Part shown: in pieces, positions 13,446-27,007 of the stretch
How the letters are laid out: each line of letters starts with the position of its first letter
Numbering within the stretch: the stretch's first letter is position 1
NCBI GenBank assembly: GCA_951406725.2
Contig: OX597825.1
Coordinates: 11,594,001 to 11,658,000, forward strand
Origin: Octopus vulgaris
Lineage: Eukaryota
Direction of reading: 5' to 3'
DNA: 64,000 nt
Made by a program: the position numbers and the translations under genes
Notes under the pieces: model-generated
What the model saw: the letters and a program-made list of their open reading frames with translations, nothing else
Told to the model about the DNA's origin: nothing
Database searches by the model: none

Positions 13446-13805
13446 GATTGATTAAGTATACCGGAAAGGAAGGGCGTGATAGATGTTGTGCAGAATACAG
13501 GTAGCATATGGATGGATATAGAATAAAGGATATTCTATCAGATTAATAAAGGAAAACGAGATATGGTGGGCACTCATTTCTGACACTCTGAGGAAGTGGC
13601 ACGTTCCACTTAGGTGATACTAATGAAAAACAAAATGCGCATGGTCAGCATTAGAGACAACTGTAATAATAAATCTAACGTTCAACACTTTTTGCAAAAT
13701 GGAACCAAAATCTGAGAGCCTTGTATTATGTGACTCCCTTTCGGGTCAGTAGTAGAGGTGGGGTTGGCGTGATACAGCTCAATGTTAACGAATCCTTGAA
13801 CGTGT

Positions 13806-14110
13806 TCAGGATGGAATCAAATCCTCTTTTGTGGAGTATTCCTAGCGATGTAGCCAAGACCTGAGTATTCTTATTGATACAATATACCAAACATGCAGCT
13901 GAGGCAATGATGTCCGAACTTATGTTGTTTTGTATTGTTTTTATTCTCACTTTCTCTCTGTGAAAGTGAGAATAAAAACAATACAAAACAACATAAGTTC
14001 GGACATCATTGCCTCAGCTGCATGTTTGGTATATTGTATCAATAAGAATACTCAGGTCTTGGCTACATCGCTAGGAATACTCCACAAAAGAGGATTTGAT
14101 TCCATCCTGA
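13806..14110. repeat. perfect inverted repeat, 149-bp arms with a 7-nt loop
   Basis: 13806-13954 is the reverse complement of 13962-14110; loop tctctgt. It also explains the mirror ORFs 13726-13986(-) and 13930-14250(+). Confidence 0.97.
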
Positions 14111-14287
14111 CTATGTTCATATGTGTGTGTGCATATATATATATATGCATTTATAGAGAGAGATACATAGGTAGACATGTATATGTTTATCTATTTATGT
14201 ACGTATGTATCAATTTATCTATATATCTATCTATCTATATACATACGTAGACAGATATACATTTACACATATATATGTATACACACG

Positions 14288-14345
<58 letters not shown>

Positions 14346-14360
14346 TATATATATATATGC

Positions 14361-14415
<55 letters not shown>

Positions 14416-14944
14416 TATATATATGTATAATTTATATGTAAACCCGTTTGTGTGTTATAGTAGATTTTCCGCATATCTATAATTGTTTATGTCAATATTC
14501 TACTCTTTTATCTTCAATTCCTTCAATAATTTTGACACATAAGTTGGCAAATTTTAAAAAATTTACGAATGGATCCTATTTAGAATGGTCTTCCACGTTT
14601 CCCCGGTGTTCGCCTCACTTGAAATATCGATAATATTCTCATTTGTGTGCCAGCCTAAATACATCTGCATTTCATGAAGGGCAAAATAATTAATAGCGAA
14701 ATTGCTACTCTTTGCAGTATTTTAACACCATTGTTCCATTTGTTAATCGATTAACTATTAAACAAAAAATATTTTATTTCGACATGAAAGGAATAAATGA
14801 ATAAATGATTAATAGAGAACGGATTACCATAATTCTGGTGATTAGCGCAGATAAGCCTCATTACATATATTGGGGATCAAATATATTGCAACTATTACCC
14901 CCATATTTTCATCATATTTTCTATCCAGGATTTTATATCCCAAC

Positions 14945-15085
14945 AACGTGGATCCAGGTTCAGTCAAACTGCGTGGCACCTTGGGCAAGTGTCTTTCACT
15001 ATTGCCTTGCCTTGAACAGACCAAAGATTTATGAGTGGAGTTAGTAGATGGAATGTTAGATGGAATGTTAGAGTAGCCTGTCGTG
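14945..15085 (+). mobile_element. SINE family D head/CORE fragment
   Basis: ggttcagtcaaactgcgtggcaccttgggcaagtgtctttcactattgcc. Confidence 0.7.
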
Positions 15086-15114
15086 TACATATATATGTAT
15101 ATATATATATGTAG

Positions 15115-15885
15115 AACAATCTTACTTAGAAATGGATGCGTGCGTTCCGTCATATTATAAATTAATAAATAAATAAAACATATGGATATATACATACATA
15201 TATGTACGTACCTTCCTCTACATGTATATATACATGCATATATGGGTACAGGACACCAAAAAACGTCGAACACAATGAGAAACGAAAACATAAACACAAA
15301 ACCAAGGAAATGGACATTTTTCTTAAACAACGAAAAAATAGAGTACAGGACAAACAAAACAAGGAAAATTCCCTTTCTTCAGTCGCCTTTGTTTCATCTA
15401 CTCCACGTTTCGAAGGTCAAGGCGATACATGACTTTAATTAAACAATCCTTCCCGCGAAAATCAAATTAAATAAAATTTGAGATTTTTTTGCGGAGGGGT
15501 AAAAATGGTAAAAACAGGACAGTAACGACAATACAAAATATAAACAGTAAAAGACAGGACAAGGAGATAACAGTAACACAAACAAGAAGGGCTGTTAAGC
15601 CGAACAAGATAAAATTTTTTACGAACGCTATTTTTTGAGAACGGCGAGGGAGCAACAGATGTGCCGTCTCTACTTGAAGGTAGCCAGGAGAAGAAAGACA
15701 GTAGCAGAGTTCTCGTCGCGGGTCAACGACGGGAGGGAGGGAGGGAGGAGGAGTAAGAGAAAGGGAGAGAAAAAAGGGAATGGCTGTAGAGAAAAGAATG
15801 AAGAATGAGAGAGAGAGACAGTAAGGTAGAAGAAAAGGAAAGCCAAAAGAATGAAGGCTGAGAACGGGAGGGGGAGAGAAAGGTT
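15115..15885. mobile_element. unclassified interspersed repeat between TA-rich tracts, possibly a PLE terminal fragment
   Basis: Purine-skewed block containing cacgtttcgaagg, bounded by (TA)n/(TATG)n. Recognition only. Confidence 0.35.
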
Positions 15886-16019
15886 ATATATATATGTATG
15901 TATGTATGTAATAGTGAGGAGTTATCAATCCCTCAATTAATCAATTGACTAATTGAGTAAACCTCTTAGTAATGTACCTTTAATGACTACTGGAAACAGT
16001 TGTAAGCCAAATTTGCTCC

Positions 16020-16305
16020 AGTAGGCCTGCAGTCATGCTGGGGCACCGCCTTGAATAATTTTAATTGAAGGAATCGACCACAGTACATATTCTACACACA
16101 CACACACACACTTATTCTATTCACATACATGTACACACATACACACACATATTTATGTATATGTCTGTGTGTGTCCTTTGATAACCCGTGTTAGTGTGTT
16201 TAGCAGTTCGGCAAGAGTGACCAATAGATTAAGTATTGGGGTCAATTCGTTCGATTAAAATTGTTCAAGGCGGTGACCCAACACTACTGAGGCCATGCTG
16301 GGGCA
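16020..16305. mobile_element. two SINE family D tail fragments in opposite orientation
   Basis: gtcatgctggggcaccgccttgaa at ~16032 and ttcaaggcggtgacccaacac at ~16264. Confidence 0.7.
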
Positions 16306-17831
16306 AGGCAAGGATTTGTAGAAGTAGGGCAAATATTTAACATTAACGTTTTCCATTTGTCTTTCGTTTAATCTGTGGTCACTGGGTATATCCCACTTTC
16401 GATTCTAATTTACCAAAAGGACCAATCTGTTTCGCATTCAGCAAATCAGCATAAGTTGCATTATAAATTTCTGCAATGAAAACTAAAACTCATTTTCGAT
16501 TCTTGTTATTTAAAAATTTTAGAGTTTGATACCTTAGTCGATTATTTTTATTATTTCATATTTTGGATTTGAAAGCACAAAATTCAACAACCATTTTAAC
16601 AATGACAATCGTAACCCACAAATATGCTCCGTTTTAGAAGAGGAAGGAATGGAGAATCGTACCGATCATGTTATTACAGAACACATTCAGCTATTGAAAG
16701 GAGTCCACATGGGAAACGAAACCACAGACCGTATCCGTCAACACAGTAGAAAATCCCCGTTTGCTTACTCGTACATGGTTGTAAAATAAAACTTTCCATT
16801 ACTGGAATTAAGTTTCGAAAAAAAGGAAAAAGAAAAATTGAGAAGCCATTGATGTTTTGTTTCGCATGAAAAGTAAATAAAAATTCGTTCATTCCTGTTT
16901 CGTATCTTAAATCAATTGTTGTTCAGCATGCTAGAATAATCATTGTCACGTGCTTTAAATCTCACCGAACTATAATGCTTTAACCAGCAGAACGTATTCC
17001 TGTTGAGCTGTTCGACAGGATAATTACAGATTAAAGATATACGCTCGTCATTATAACATGTGCCGGTTATACGGATGACTGAGATAAAAAAAAAAACCCA
17101 GAAATTATAGTGGCAGACAGCAATAGAGTCGAAGGAACAGAAATAGCTGTATATGATACTTCCAGCATTATAAAGGTGACCTTGATCAACACGTCCACTC
17201 GTTTAGAGTCGTTTATAAAAATCCTTATATCGGAAATTGAACTAAATTATCCTTGTTTTTGCTGAACAGCGTTACACACTGAGATATATTCACTGATACA
17301 GTTAAAACATCAAAACGCACAGAATTACAAAGAATATTACACAATCATACGAAATGAGAGCTACACACAGACACAGACACAGACACAAGTTTTCTCTCTC
17401 TCACTCTCTTTTTACATTAGAGTTGATGTTATTCTGAGATTTTTTATCGGTTCGAAACAATGAAAAATCCAATATCGAAGTCGTATTTTCTTTCGAATAT
17501 TTCTAAATTGGAAATCAAATCGTTGTAGGTAAAAACAACCAATATTACTGGTTTTTCATAACAGACATAATTTAAAGCAATATTTTCTTAACTACTTTCG
17601 TACATGATAGCTTGACTACAGATAACTTAGATTATTTCAACGTGTATTTGAAGTTTACATTAATTATAGTCACTTGAAAAAGTTGTTTTGAGAAGATTAT
17701 AGAATAACGCTTATTAGTCTATTACTATTAAACTGGAATTTTTGTCGCACATGTCTAGCTTTATTAATATATTCTGGTTTGGTGAATTTTGGTTTCCATG
17801 GTGACCAATGACAGTAGTTAGGATAAAAAGG

Positions 17832-18152
17832 TGGGTGACACCCTTCGGTCATTAATGACCATGGGATTGCACCTAGAAAGTTACCCTCCGATGCACAAGT
17901 CTGGGCAAGGTTGTTTATGGAAGACCAACAGTCGCTCATGCATACCGGCCTCCCCTCTCCACGCCATCGATGTTAGCCAAAGGAAAGGCAAAGGCTGATA
18001 CAGCTTGGCACCAGTGACGTCGCAACACATATCTACAGCTGAGTGACCAGGAGCAACGTGAAATAAAGTGTCTTGCTCAAGAACACAACACAGCCTGGTC
18101 CAAGAATCGAACTCGCAACATCACGATCGTACGTTCGACGCTCTAACTATGC
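17832..18152 (-). mobile_element. tRNA-derived CORE-like SINE, head C + tail Z
   Basis: cagctgagtg..ggagcaacgtgaaataaagtgtcttgctcaag is shared with 3470-3525, but the 3' half is unrelated. Confidence 0.8.
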
Positions 18153-19195
18153 GTGTAAAATATATTGACATTTTAAAAAATTGTAAAAAATATTGATTTC
18201 GCATTGAGTAATCATATAGGAGCGATGGAAAAATCTGTGAGTATGGTTCTCCGTAAAATGAAAGGTAAATGGTGACAGCAAAAAGCAAAGGACGCATAAG
18301 ATACAATAGAATGTAAACATACAAAAGCCTTCTGGCCCGAAATCAAAGTCTATAGCTTCAATGAAATTTGTTGACGGCTAAAGGCCTTTTACTGATATCA
18401 ATCTCACAAAAAAGCGATGAGTACATCGATATTCTGATCTCCTCAATAGTTTATTAAATGTAAATATGAGAACAATTGAGGAAATGGTAGACCTCCTGTC
18501 GCCAAAGAAATGCTTGTTGAGCCAACACAAAGTGATATTGCAACAGCTATAAAAATCTCAATGTTAATAGTGGCATCAGCTCATAAATTTTGAAGTTTGG
18601 ATGGGAAAGGATGAACGAACTACTTCATTCCTTACTTGTATACAACTGGAGTAAAAAGAAGATTCCTCAAACCTGGGTTCCCCCACATAAATCTGGTCCC
18701 AGGGACTTAGATAGAATATCTTTGCTGTCACTCCGCGTGTGTGTATGTGTATTTGTGCGCCCGAGTGTGTGAATGTTCGTCTAAGCAGACATACACACTC
18801 ATATAAGTACGGATGCATACACACAGATATATGGGCATATACATGTACATATATACATATATACCCCCCACATCTACTCCCCTTTCCTACTTCTCCCAAC
18901 CACACGACCGATTTCTTGTCCACCACGCGGTCGATTTCCTGTTCATCATGCGCTATTTTCCAACTAAACATCCAGTAGCAAACATCGACTCTCTTCAATC
19001 AAGCTTTCATTCAGATCCCAATGGTCGATGACTAGCCACTCACCTGAAACTCAGCGAACCAAGGAGTTTGAATCAAACAGCTCTAATTCAGGCATGTAAC
19101 TCCCAATAAATGTGTTGAGTGCCCTTCTTTCGTTTGTCTATTCGCTCGTATATACATACATACATACATACATACATACATACATACATACACAC

Positions 19196-19265
<70 letters not shown>

Positions 19266-19830
19266 GCAACCACATGTGTGATTACATTCTGATGCCGCTT
19301 CGGGAATCAACGTACTCCTCATATCTAAATTCTGAAATTTTCAAATAAAACTGATACAATTACCAGGCAATGTTTATCGTATGTAGATTCTAATACTATA
19401 TAAATATATATATTTCATTAAGTGTCATGAAAATAATTAGCAAAAAACAGAAAAAAGTTGATACACTTTATGTATCGTATCAGATGTTCTGCTTGTATTC
19501 CTTCGTCCTTTGAACTATTTATAATGAAAAAACTGCATATTGCTTAAATGAACCAAACTTTATACATCCTACATTAACCAAATACTTGTTATTGTTAATA
19601 GCAACGTATAAAAAATAATTAACATCACGTTTCCCAGATACACAACACGTGTTCATTCTTAGAAGTATTGGAAGTCATTATTGATATAATCCAAATATTT
19701 TGTGTTCTTTACTATTTCTTAGCTGAAAGAGAAAAACGTTTAAAATTATTGGTTACTTCAAGTGCATTATATTTCACTCATGTTATCATTTTAAGTATAT
19801 AAATTGTGGTGATAAAGTTTTCTTTGTTTT

Positions 19831-19887
<57 letters not shown>

Positions 19888-20233
19888 TCTAATAACTTTA
19901 AACGTTTTAAGAGATAAGACTTTGTGAATATGTAATTATATTTACGTAGTTATTCAAACATTTTTCAAATTTCAATTGATTTCTCACTGATACCATTTTC
20001 TCAGTAAAAATCTAAAAATTTCTTTTGTTATAAATTATTTCGTAGAAAATGCTATTGCACAAAAATATTAATTCTATTGAAACCTTCAATATTTCAGCAC
20101 TGCTAAGACATTAAATTGAACCATAAATATATGTTTTTTTTTAAAGTATTACTTCTGATAGAAATAGTAACATAATCAACCCCAAATAAAACCCTACAAT
20201 CTCACAAAGAACACGTTAGGAAGCGATGTTGAG

Positions 20234-20527
20234 TAAGTCGGCGTGCTGGCAGAAACGTTAGCGCTGCGGCCGAAATACCTGTGTCTATTTGAGGGCGGCG
20301 AGCTGGCATAAAAAGTTGGCACGCCGAGCGAAATGCGTAGCCGTATTTCGTCTGCCGTTACGTTCTGAGTTCAAATTCCGCCGAGGTCGACTTTGCCTTT
20401 CATCCTTTCGGGGTCGATAAATTAAGTACCAGTTACGCACTGGGCTTGATATAATCGACTTAATCCGCCTGTCTGTCTTTGTTTGTCCCCTCTGTGTTCA
20501 GCCCCTTGTGGGTAGTAAAGAAATAGG
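20234..20527 (+). mobile_element. SINE family A with a duplicated partial head
   Basis: Full copy from ~20293. 17-bp TSD taggaagcgatgttgag at 20217-20233 and 20524-20540. Confidence 0.9.
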
Positions 20528-21707
20528 AAGCGATGTTGAGAGTTCCGTACAAGATGCCACGGCCGGTGTGCATTTTAACATTAATCTGTGAAACCAGGGT
20601 TGGCATCGGTTAAACGAAGCACAACGACATTAATTATAATAAAGGTAAACTGAATGATTTAAGATTAATTATTTCGATAGATAAGAGTGCTAAATTAGAA
20701 TATATATGCACACACACACACGCACACAAACACACACACACATACACACACACACATGCATATATATAAATTTTGTCGATATATTCAGTTAAAGTGAAAT
20801 CAATTTTACATAAATTTGTTGTTATATATTTTTATCTAAAAATGAGTCATGTTTCAACCTCAAAATATTCGCTCAATAAATTTACGTTAGAAAAAATACA
20901 TACAAGATAACTGCTTGTTAGCATACTAACTGTTTCGCAAACCAGATTCATAGTCCCTATAAACGCGTCTCGTCTCCTTCTTCAGAACGCTATGTTTTGC
21001 TCAATAAAAACGTGACTGCAGCTTAAAGTTCGAAGAGCAGGTAACATTACAAGATAACACGAGGGAAAAAAAATCCCCGCATAGCTTAAACGAGAGTTGT
21101 GTGGCTTTACAGATTCCTGTATTTGTAAGGGAATATTTTATAATATATATGATACAGTGCAATACAATGCAAATGTCTCATAATATGATAGAATATACTA
21201 TATTACATGTATGCCTGAATATATGTATATATGTGTGTGCATATAGGTATATATACATGTATACATACACACACGCACACATACATGTATATATATATAT
21301 TTCTTTTCTCTATTTCTTCCTTTTCTCCACCGTCACTTCTTATTTTCTTCCCTTACAAGAGGATTGAACCCACTAGAGTCTACTCAACGTTCACTCTATG
21401 TTGACTGATGATACAGTATGGACGGATTTTCGAAGTCCAATGATACCATACACACCTATTTGATTATGAATATTTACAAACATACTTTCTCAGTGAAACT
21501 CAATTCCTACCATTATAGATAATACCAAATGTACCTTTTCGGATTTTTCATAATGTGATGGAAGTCTTTGGTATAGCTGTTATGTCGATTATACATTGAG
21601 GTAAAAATAGGTTGCTTTATAAAGCTTGAAACACGTGTACCGCGACATCCTTTGTGTTCTGTTTTTTTAAAATTTCATTTGATGCATATATATATATATA
21701 TATATAT

Positions 21708-21862
21708 AACGGGAAGCTTTATGAAAATAGACAAAAGACGAAGGCAGGTGGAAAACAAACAAACAATTGTATTAGTATGGCGCTCAGGAAATATAAATAA
21801 AACAAGTCTTTAACGTTTCGAGCCTACGCTCTTCAACAGAAAGATACACAGAGAGAAAAAAA
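21708..21862 (-). mobile_element. PLE-type terminal fragment (family E) carrying a hammerhead-like motif, inserted at (TA)n
   Basis: Matches 22556-22725, 42930-43160 and 43228-43412. Minus strand reads tcttt-ctgttga-a-gagc-gtag-gctc-gaaa-cg-tt-aaaga. Confidence 0.65.
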
Positions 21863-21871
21863 ATATATGTA

Positions 21872-21966
<95 letters not shown>

Positions 21967-22409
21967 TTATCTATCTATGCTAGAAATAAGCGCTAAACAC
22001 TCTGTTACTGCAGTCAAAGCTCATAATTGTATAATTATCCACATATATACCTTGTCGGTACACATTCACTTACTGCTGCCTGCATAAATCACTTGTATAT
22101 AGATTAGCAATTCGCTAAATCCATATTTTTCGATCGTGTACACATATATGCTGAGAGTGATCGGGCTGATCTCACCGAAGAGGCTACGGCGAAAGCCGAA
22201 AATGATCGATTAGTCTGGGAATATCTCGACCGCAACTTTTCGGGCGATTACGGTCCCTGTCGGTATGTATGCATACAATTATGTGTAACATCAGAACGTT
22301 TAGCTGTTATTTCTAGAAATGTAGATTTTTATAACACTATTAGTCTGATTTAATGGCGATTATAGTTCTCCTTGTTGGTACATATTTGCTTACTGCTGCC
22401 TAAAAAATG

Positions 22410-22515
<106 letters not shown>

Positions 22516-22555
22516 TTCTATCTCTCTGTATATATACACACACATATATATATTT

Positions 22556-22725
22556 AGGGAGAGTTTACGAAAAAACAAAAGACGAAGACAGGTGGTGTAC
22601 AAAACAGAAGTATTAGTATAACGCTCAGGAATAGAAAAAGTATTTTACGTTTCGAGCCTACGCTCTTCTACAGAAAGGGACACAGAAAAAACAAGGAGAG
22701 AAAAAAAACGTGTGTAATGGCTAAC
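22556..22725 (-). mobile_element. family E PLE-type terminal fragment
   Basis: aaaacaaaagacgaagacagg..cgtttcgagcctacgctcttctacagaaag, flanked by (TATC)n/(TA)n. Confidence 0.65.
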
Positions 22726-22731
22726 TACATA

Positions 22732-22842
<111 letters not shown>

Positions 22843-23539
22843 GCATATATATGTATATATACATACATATACATATATATTCATTTCATTTCATCTAGTT
22901 TCAGCTCACGAGCTGCGGCCATACTGGGGCACCGTCATTTAGTGTATATATATATATATATATAAATATAAATACATATAGATATATATAGATATATATT
23001 TTTCCGTGTGTGTGTGTGTGTGTGTATGTGCGTTTCTCTATGTCATAGACTTAGAGAATTATATCTGAAGCTATCAAACAACTGGAGATTTTTCTGCATG
23101 TTGAAGCAATTTTAACTTCACAGTAACAACGTCGGCTAAAATTTTTTTAGTAACTAGTACATATGTACCGTGCCTATGTATACCACTTCTACACCTAGAG
23201 GTGAACAGAGCAGAAGTAGTATTATATTAAAGTAGCCATGATACTCTATGCTATTCATTGGAAATGCAAGTCAAAGCAAATATGTTAGAAACGAAAAGGG
23301 AGAGAGGAAAAAAAAAGTTAAATAAACTGCAGAGTAAGACTGACGTGTGCTACTAGCTGATTTTATCTGAAATTGGATAAATGTTACTGCAAAATAAATA
23401 AATACTGGAAACAGATAAAATCGTTATATAAATAAATAAATAAATAAATAAATAAAACTAGTGACAGTTTGAAAAGCAGCTTTAATTTTGCTGGTATTAA
23501 CTTTAATAAAAACAAAAAAAAAAATAATACAAAACGAGA

Positions 23540-23621
23540 GATACAACGACGACGACGACGACCGCTTCTGTAAATAATAATGATAATAATGATAATAATA
23601 GTATTAATAATAATAATAATG

Positions 23622-23658
<37 letters not shown>

Positions 23659-23760
23659 TAATAAAAATAATAATGATAATAATAATATCAGCAACAACAA
23701 TGGCGACGATGTCGATGATGATGATGATAACAATAATAATAATAATCATTATAAAGTATT
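23540..23760. repeat. (GAC)n/(TAA)n/(GAT)n trinucleotide tract
   Basis: Read directly from the sequence. Confidence 0.9.
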
Positions 23761-24020
23761 AGAGAAAGATGAAATAAAAACAAGGAAAGAAGTAATGAAA
23801 GAAGAAAGAATTCAGTTAGAAGAAAAATAATAATAATAATACTAATAATATATTATATAATGAGCGGCTTCGTATTCTTCTTTCGTACAACGTACAAGAA
23901 ATTGATTTCATCAATACCCAGATCGGTTTATAGAAATCGATATATCGAAGAAGGACCCCGATATTATTTAGACGATGCTGTCAGAGAAAACTACGGATGA
24001 AAAATATTTCGTCAGATCTT

Positions 24021-24095
<75 letters not shown>

Positions 24096-24341
24096 GTGTA
24101 TAGATGTATGTATGTATGTATGCATGTATGTATGCATCTGCATTATCGAATACTTTCTTACTAGTTGACTGTAGTACGTACATGCAAGCGAACATGACAT
24201 ACACAAATACGGTCTTATATACTAATATACTTACTGTCACAGAAATTTATATCTTAACATGCAAAGAGAAATATATACGCATCTCTCTCTCACTTTATCT
24301 ATACACATACATATATATATATCTGTGTGTATACATATGCG

Positions 24342-24387
24342 ATAGTGCATGTGCATCTTATATATATATAAGATGCACATGCACTAT
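24342..24387. repeat. perfect 46-bp palindrome centred on (TA)6
   Basis: atagtgcatgtgcatct-tatatatatata-agatgcacatgcactat. Confidence 0.95.
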
Positions 24388-24395
24388 ATATATAC

Positions 24396-24427
<32 letters not shown>

Positions 24428-25044
24428 GTATGTATATGCATATATGTATATATATTTACCTATGAATATGTATATATATACATATACGTGTTGTAGGTGT
24501 GTGTACATTACACAAATGTGTCCATATATACAGAAACTCGCATATACAGGCGCATATATTCTCCTGTATTTTACCTACATACATATAACTAAACGCACAT
24601 CGCAACATAGTATAAGAAAGAAGAACGAACTTTGATTGATTGATTGTGAAATCGATTATCGATTGATTGATTTAAAGAAACGCAGCAAGTTAACTTAACT
24701 GAGTAAGTGAACAAGTAAGTTAGAGAATTAGAGAATGTGATTGTGCGAGAAAGACTGTGATTAAGAGAATCGGTGTGATGTGTGTGTGTATGTGCGTATA
24801 GACGAAATGAGATTAACTTTTGACAGTGAAACAATATGACAGCCGCTGTATCTCAGAAGAAAACAAATTGAACGTCGATTTTCCTATGGAAGAACAGTTA
24901 CTGAAATAATCAGTGAAAATCCAATACAACTATAAGAAGAAAAGAAAAAAAAATCTGACAAAACTCTTTAACAAATACAAACTGCGCAACATTAGAAAAA
25001 AACCTAAAGAACACATCACCTGCACTGGGAGCCAAATAAAAAAG

Positions 25045-25112
<68 letters not shown>

Positions 25113-25196
25113 ATATGATGAAACAATCGAAAAAGTAGTATCTGCAATATCCAGGAAATATAACAAGATATATATGTATGCGTATATATATGTATT

Positions 25197-25271
<75 letters not shown>

Positions 25272-25411
25272 GAGTGTGTGTAGACGTATCTATTTCTATA
25301 TTTTGCGTGACATCGTTTGAGATTGACACATTGAAAATTTAATAAAGTTAAAATGAAAAATCAACAGCAGGGAAGACAATATTGTAATATACACATACAT
25401 ATATACATACA

Positions 25412-25493
<82 letters not shown>

Positions 25494-25877
25494 CACAAAG
25501 ACACACACACATAGGCTCATTGTATATTTATACATATATATTATCTAGATAAACTCATATATATATATATATATATATATACATATGCAATTATACGTAC
25601 GTATATATATACACATATATGTTTATGTCTACACACATAAGTATATATGCATACGTATCTTTAATAGTGAACAGATACAAACACAGACAACCACACACAG
25701 ACGTGCGTGTGCATAGCTATGTAATACAGACAATGTAGTGTATTGCCAAATAGAATTAAACTTGTTAACATATTTCCACAAAGACAGAGTTATAGAAGTT
25801 GGAAATAACTAAGGAAAACGGAAAGAAAACAAAACAGAAGTTTACGATTCTATATTTCAATATTTCCGGCAAAATAA

Positions 25878-26380
25878 GGCGGCGAGCTGGCAGAAACGTT
25901 AGCACGCCGGGCGAAATACTTAGCGGCATTTCGTCTGCCGTTACGTTCTGAGTTCAAATTCCGCCGAGGTCGACTTTGCCTTTCATCCATTCGGCGTTGA
26001 TAAATTAAGTATCAGTTACGCACTGGGGTCTATAGGATCGACTTAATCCGTTTATCTGTCCTTGTTTGTCCTCTCTGTGTTTAGCCCCTTGTGGGTAGTA
26101 AAGAAATAGGTATTTCTTCCAAAGAAGGCGGCGAGCTGGCAGAAACGTTAGCACGCCGGGCGAAATGCTTAGCGGCATTTTGTCTGCCGTTACGTTCTGA
26201 GTTCAAATTCCGCCGAGGTCGACTTTGCCTTTCATCCATTCGGCGTCGATAAATTAAGTACCAGTTGTGCACTGGGGTCTATATGATCGACTTAATTCGT
26301 TTATCTGTCCTTGTTTGTCCTCCCTGTGTTTGGTAGTAAAGAAATATGTATTTCGTCTGTCTTTATCTTCAGAGTTCAAA
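25878..26380 (+). mobile_element. two head-to-tail SINE family A copies (25878-26110, 26127-26380)
   Basis: Both share the private variants catccattcggcg and ggggtctata, which suggests local duplication. Confidence 0.9.
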
Positions 26381-26719
26381 TACTGTTAAACACTGAGACC
26401 GCTGTAATCGACAAGCTTCTCACCTTAGAAATGCTGGCCTTGTGCCAAAATTTGAAACCATTTTAAAACGTCTTTACGTTCTTAGTTCAAATTCCGCCGA
26501 AGTCAACTTATATACTGATGTGTCTAATTTGATGATCTCCTCATTTGCTTCTGATCAACCTGATCCTTCTTATGCCTTTCTTTGTGGAATGACCCCCCCT
26601 GTAAAGACATCGGAGTCTATGTTTAAATTTTTTGAGCACTACTAAGTGTATTCTATACGGAGATTATCTAGATCTCATCTGCGAAATACTTATATATTGT
26701 TGTTGTTTGTTTCTTCTCG

Positions 26720-27007
26720 AAGGATGCCTGGCTCATAAAGGCTGGTTTCCCGGTTTCATTGGCGTATAGGTCCCCCCACCTGGACGGGACGCCGGTCCGT
26801 CGCAGGTGAGCTGCAAGATGCAGGAGGAAAGAGTGGGAGAAAGTTGTGGCAAAAGAGGCAGCAGAAGTTCGCCATTACCTTCTGTCGGAGCCGCAGGAAG
26901 CTTAAGTGTTTCGCTCATAAAGACACATATCGCCCGGTCTGAGATTCGAACCCGCGATCCCTCGACCGCGAGTCCGCTGCTCTAACCACCAGGCCATGTT
27001 CCTCCAC
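26720..27007 (-). mobile_element. tRNA-derived SINE family B (head B + tail X)
   Basis: Minus-strand head gtggaggaacatggcctggtggttagagc..gggttcgaatctc with A and B boxes. Tail is similar to 495-600. Confidence 0.85.

Noticed and set aside
20960-20992. Minus-strand CUGAAGA..GAGA-CGCG-UU (similar case at ~52945-52985)
   Set aside because: Stem II absent and GAAA mutated; at most a heavily decayed remnant.
26935-27007. tRNA-like sequences (also ~3530-3600 and ~6135-6209)
   Set aside because: They are SINE heads that run into SINE bodies, with no complete cloverleaf; not tRNA genes.
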